From assembly GCA_946404845.1 (NCBI GenBank), contig CAMJFD010000001.1, positions 1 through 43,242 of the forward strand: a DNA stretch of 43,242 bases, in the 5' to 3' direction. The position numbers were made by a program, and so were the translations under genes. Within the stretch, counting starts at the first letter, position 1. Every line of letters starts with the position of its first letter. The DNA is from an uncultured Butyrivibrio sp. (GTDB lineage Bacteria; Bacillota; Clostridia; Lachnospirales; Lachnospiraceae). Positions 42,132 through 43,242 of this stretch are shown here, piece after piece. The notes beneath the pieces were generated by a model. That model had not been told where the DNA came from. It made no database searches and saw nothing but the letters and a program-made list of their open reading frames with translations.

Positions 42132-42328
42132 AAACACATCTCCTTCATAAAAATAATCGCTAATCGCATTCGTCAATTGCTGACCAGAACAATTTCTATT
42201 GTACTATAATAAAAAAACATCGTCACCTTAAGAAATGTGAAGATTATCTGAAATAAAGGCTTTAAGACCAGTGTATATACGGAAAAATAGATATTTGAGA
42301 ACGAATAAAAATTTTTTTAAAAAAGTAG

Positions 42329-42357
42329 TTGCAAAACCCAAAATGCTGTGCTATATT
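42329..42357 (+). promoter_or_regulatory. Sigma-A promoter of tRNA-Gln
   Basis: TTGCAA-17 bp-TATATT with TGn extension and an upstream A/T-tract (UP-like). Confidence 0.75.
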
Positions 42358-42400
42358 ATCTAAGTGCCTTGCGAGAGGCACACGAAGCAAAACAAAACAT

Positions 42401-42473
42401 TGGGATATCGCCAAGCGGTAAGGCAACGGACTCTGACTCCGTCATTACGTAGGTTCGAATCCTGCTATCCCAG
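42401..42473 (+). tRNA. tRNA-Gln (anticodon CTG)
   Basis: Acceptor TGGGATA/TATCCCA, anticodon stem ACGGA/TCCGT with loop CT-CTG-AC, T-arm GTAGG-TTCGAAT-CCTGC; CCA not encoded. Confidence 0.97.
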
Positions 42474-42475
42474 CT

Positions 42476-42511
42476 AAGACTCAGTTGATTATTTCAACTG
42501 AGTCTTTTTTT
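42476..42511 (+). terminator. Terminator of tRNA-Gln
   Basis: AAGACTCAGTTGA/TCAACTGAGTCTT stem followed by a T-tract. Confidence 0.9.
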
Positions 42512-42567
42512 GCTATAATGAATCTAAGTAACTCCCAGTAATTACAAATAAATATTTAGGAGTGTGT

Positions 42568-43242
42568 ATGAAAAAAATTCTTATCACCAACGATGATGGA
42601 ATAACAGCAGATGGCATTGTCAGACTTGCCAGAGCTGCGACTAAACTTGGAGAGGTTTATGTCATAGCGCCAGAGACTCAGAGAAGTGCCATGGCGCATT
42701 GCATTACTTTAAGAGAACATATAGATGTTTGGAAACATGACTTTCCAGTGGAAGGTGTACATGCGTATGCTACAACAGGAACGCCCGCTGACTGTGTTAG
42801 GTTTGGAATACTTAATATAGTACGAGAAGATCCTTATTCAGTTATATCCGGTATCAATTATGGATTTAATTCTGGATCAGACATACAGTATTCTGCGACT
42901 GTAGGAGCGGCGCTTGAGGCTGCATGTGTGGGTGTTCATGCCCTTGCTGTATCAGAGGGTATAAATGGATGCCATGAAGTTACAGATGCGTATCTGGATC
43001 AGATTCTGGCTGAATATATCGAAAGACCGCTTGAGTTCAATCAGATTTGGAATATTAATTTCCCTCAGTGCAAGCTTTCAGATTATAAGGGAATATTAGA
43101 GAACAGAGTAGTTTCCAGAAATGCTTTTTATACTGACAGTTATTCAGAAGAAATTCTTCCTAATGGCATAATTAGGATGAGAGTAGATGGACAGTATCAT
43201 GAGAATGCCCCGGAGGGATCAGATTTTAGGGCTATAGTTGAT
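42568..43242 (+). CDS. surE: 5'/3'-nucleotidase SurE (3' partial; absent from the ORF track)
   Basis: MKKILITNDDGITADG...VIAPETQRSA...GTPADCV...ISGINYG...YSATVGAA...WNINFP; open to the window end; AGGAG RBS. Confidence 0.95.
   Translation, partial: MKKILITNDDGITADGIVRLARAATKLGEVYVIAPETQRSAMAHCITLREHIDVWKHDFPVEGVHAYATTGTPADCVRFGILNIVREDPYSVISGINYGFNSGSDIQYSATVGAALEAACVGVHALAVSEGINGCHEVTDAYLDQILAEYIERPLEFNQIWNINFPQCKLSDYKGILENRVVSRNAFYTDSYSEEILPNGIIRMRVDGQYHENAPEGSDFRAIVD

Noticed and set aside
41521-42150. 209-aa Ser-rich plus-strand ORF
   Set aside because: Antisense shadow of the Ser/Asp-rich linker of the secreted protein.
38844-42473. Genomic island integrated at tRNA-Gln
   Set aside because: The accessory-looking gene is upstream of the tRNA; I saw no integrase and no duplicated tRNA end.

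Overview
A low-GC Firmicutes core-chromosome segment. Gene content and order point to Lachnospiraceae, possibly Butyrivibrio/Pseudobutyrivibrio-like (inference). Order: partial coiled-coil + SleB-type cell-wall hydrolase, DUF402 protein, 846-aa membrane-anchored hypothetical, minus-strand dnaD-dnaC-prs operon and murC, then glgC-glgD-spoVG, pth-mfd-aminotransferase-uppP, a Lys/Ala-rich DUF6465-like protein, the CIRCE-controlled hrcA-grpE-dnaK-dnaJ operon, prmA-rsmE-iscS-thiI, an antisense His15-less HPr paralogue, mtaB, ireB/reoM-ruvX-DUF1292-fur-rnj-short mltG-trmR-like-U32, glutamine synthetase III, a large secreted beta-helix/Ig-like protein, tRNA-Gln(CUG) and a partial surE. I see no mobile element, prophage, CRISPR array or defence system, and no convincing novel multi-gene system. 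The best leads are a DnaA-box cluster with a structured leader upstream of dnaD-dnaC-prs, a histone-H1-like protein with its own promoter, several apparently non-catalytic paralogues (HPr without His15, MltG N-terminus only, degenerate C39-like domain) and the modular secreted beta-helix protein. All family calls come from recognised motifs; no database search was run.
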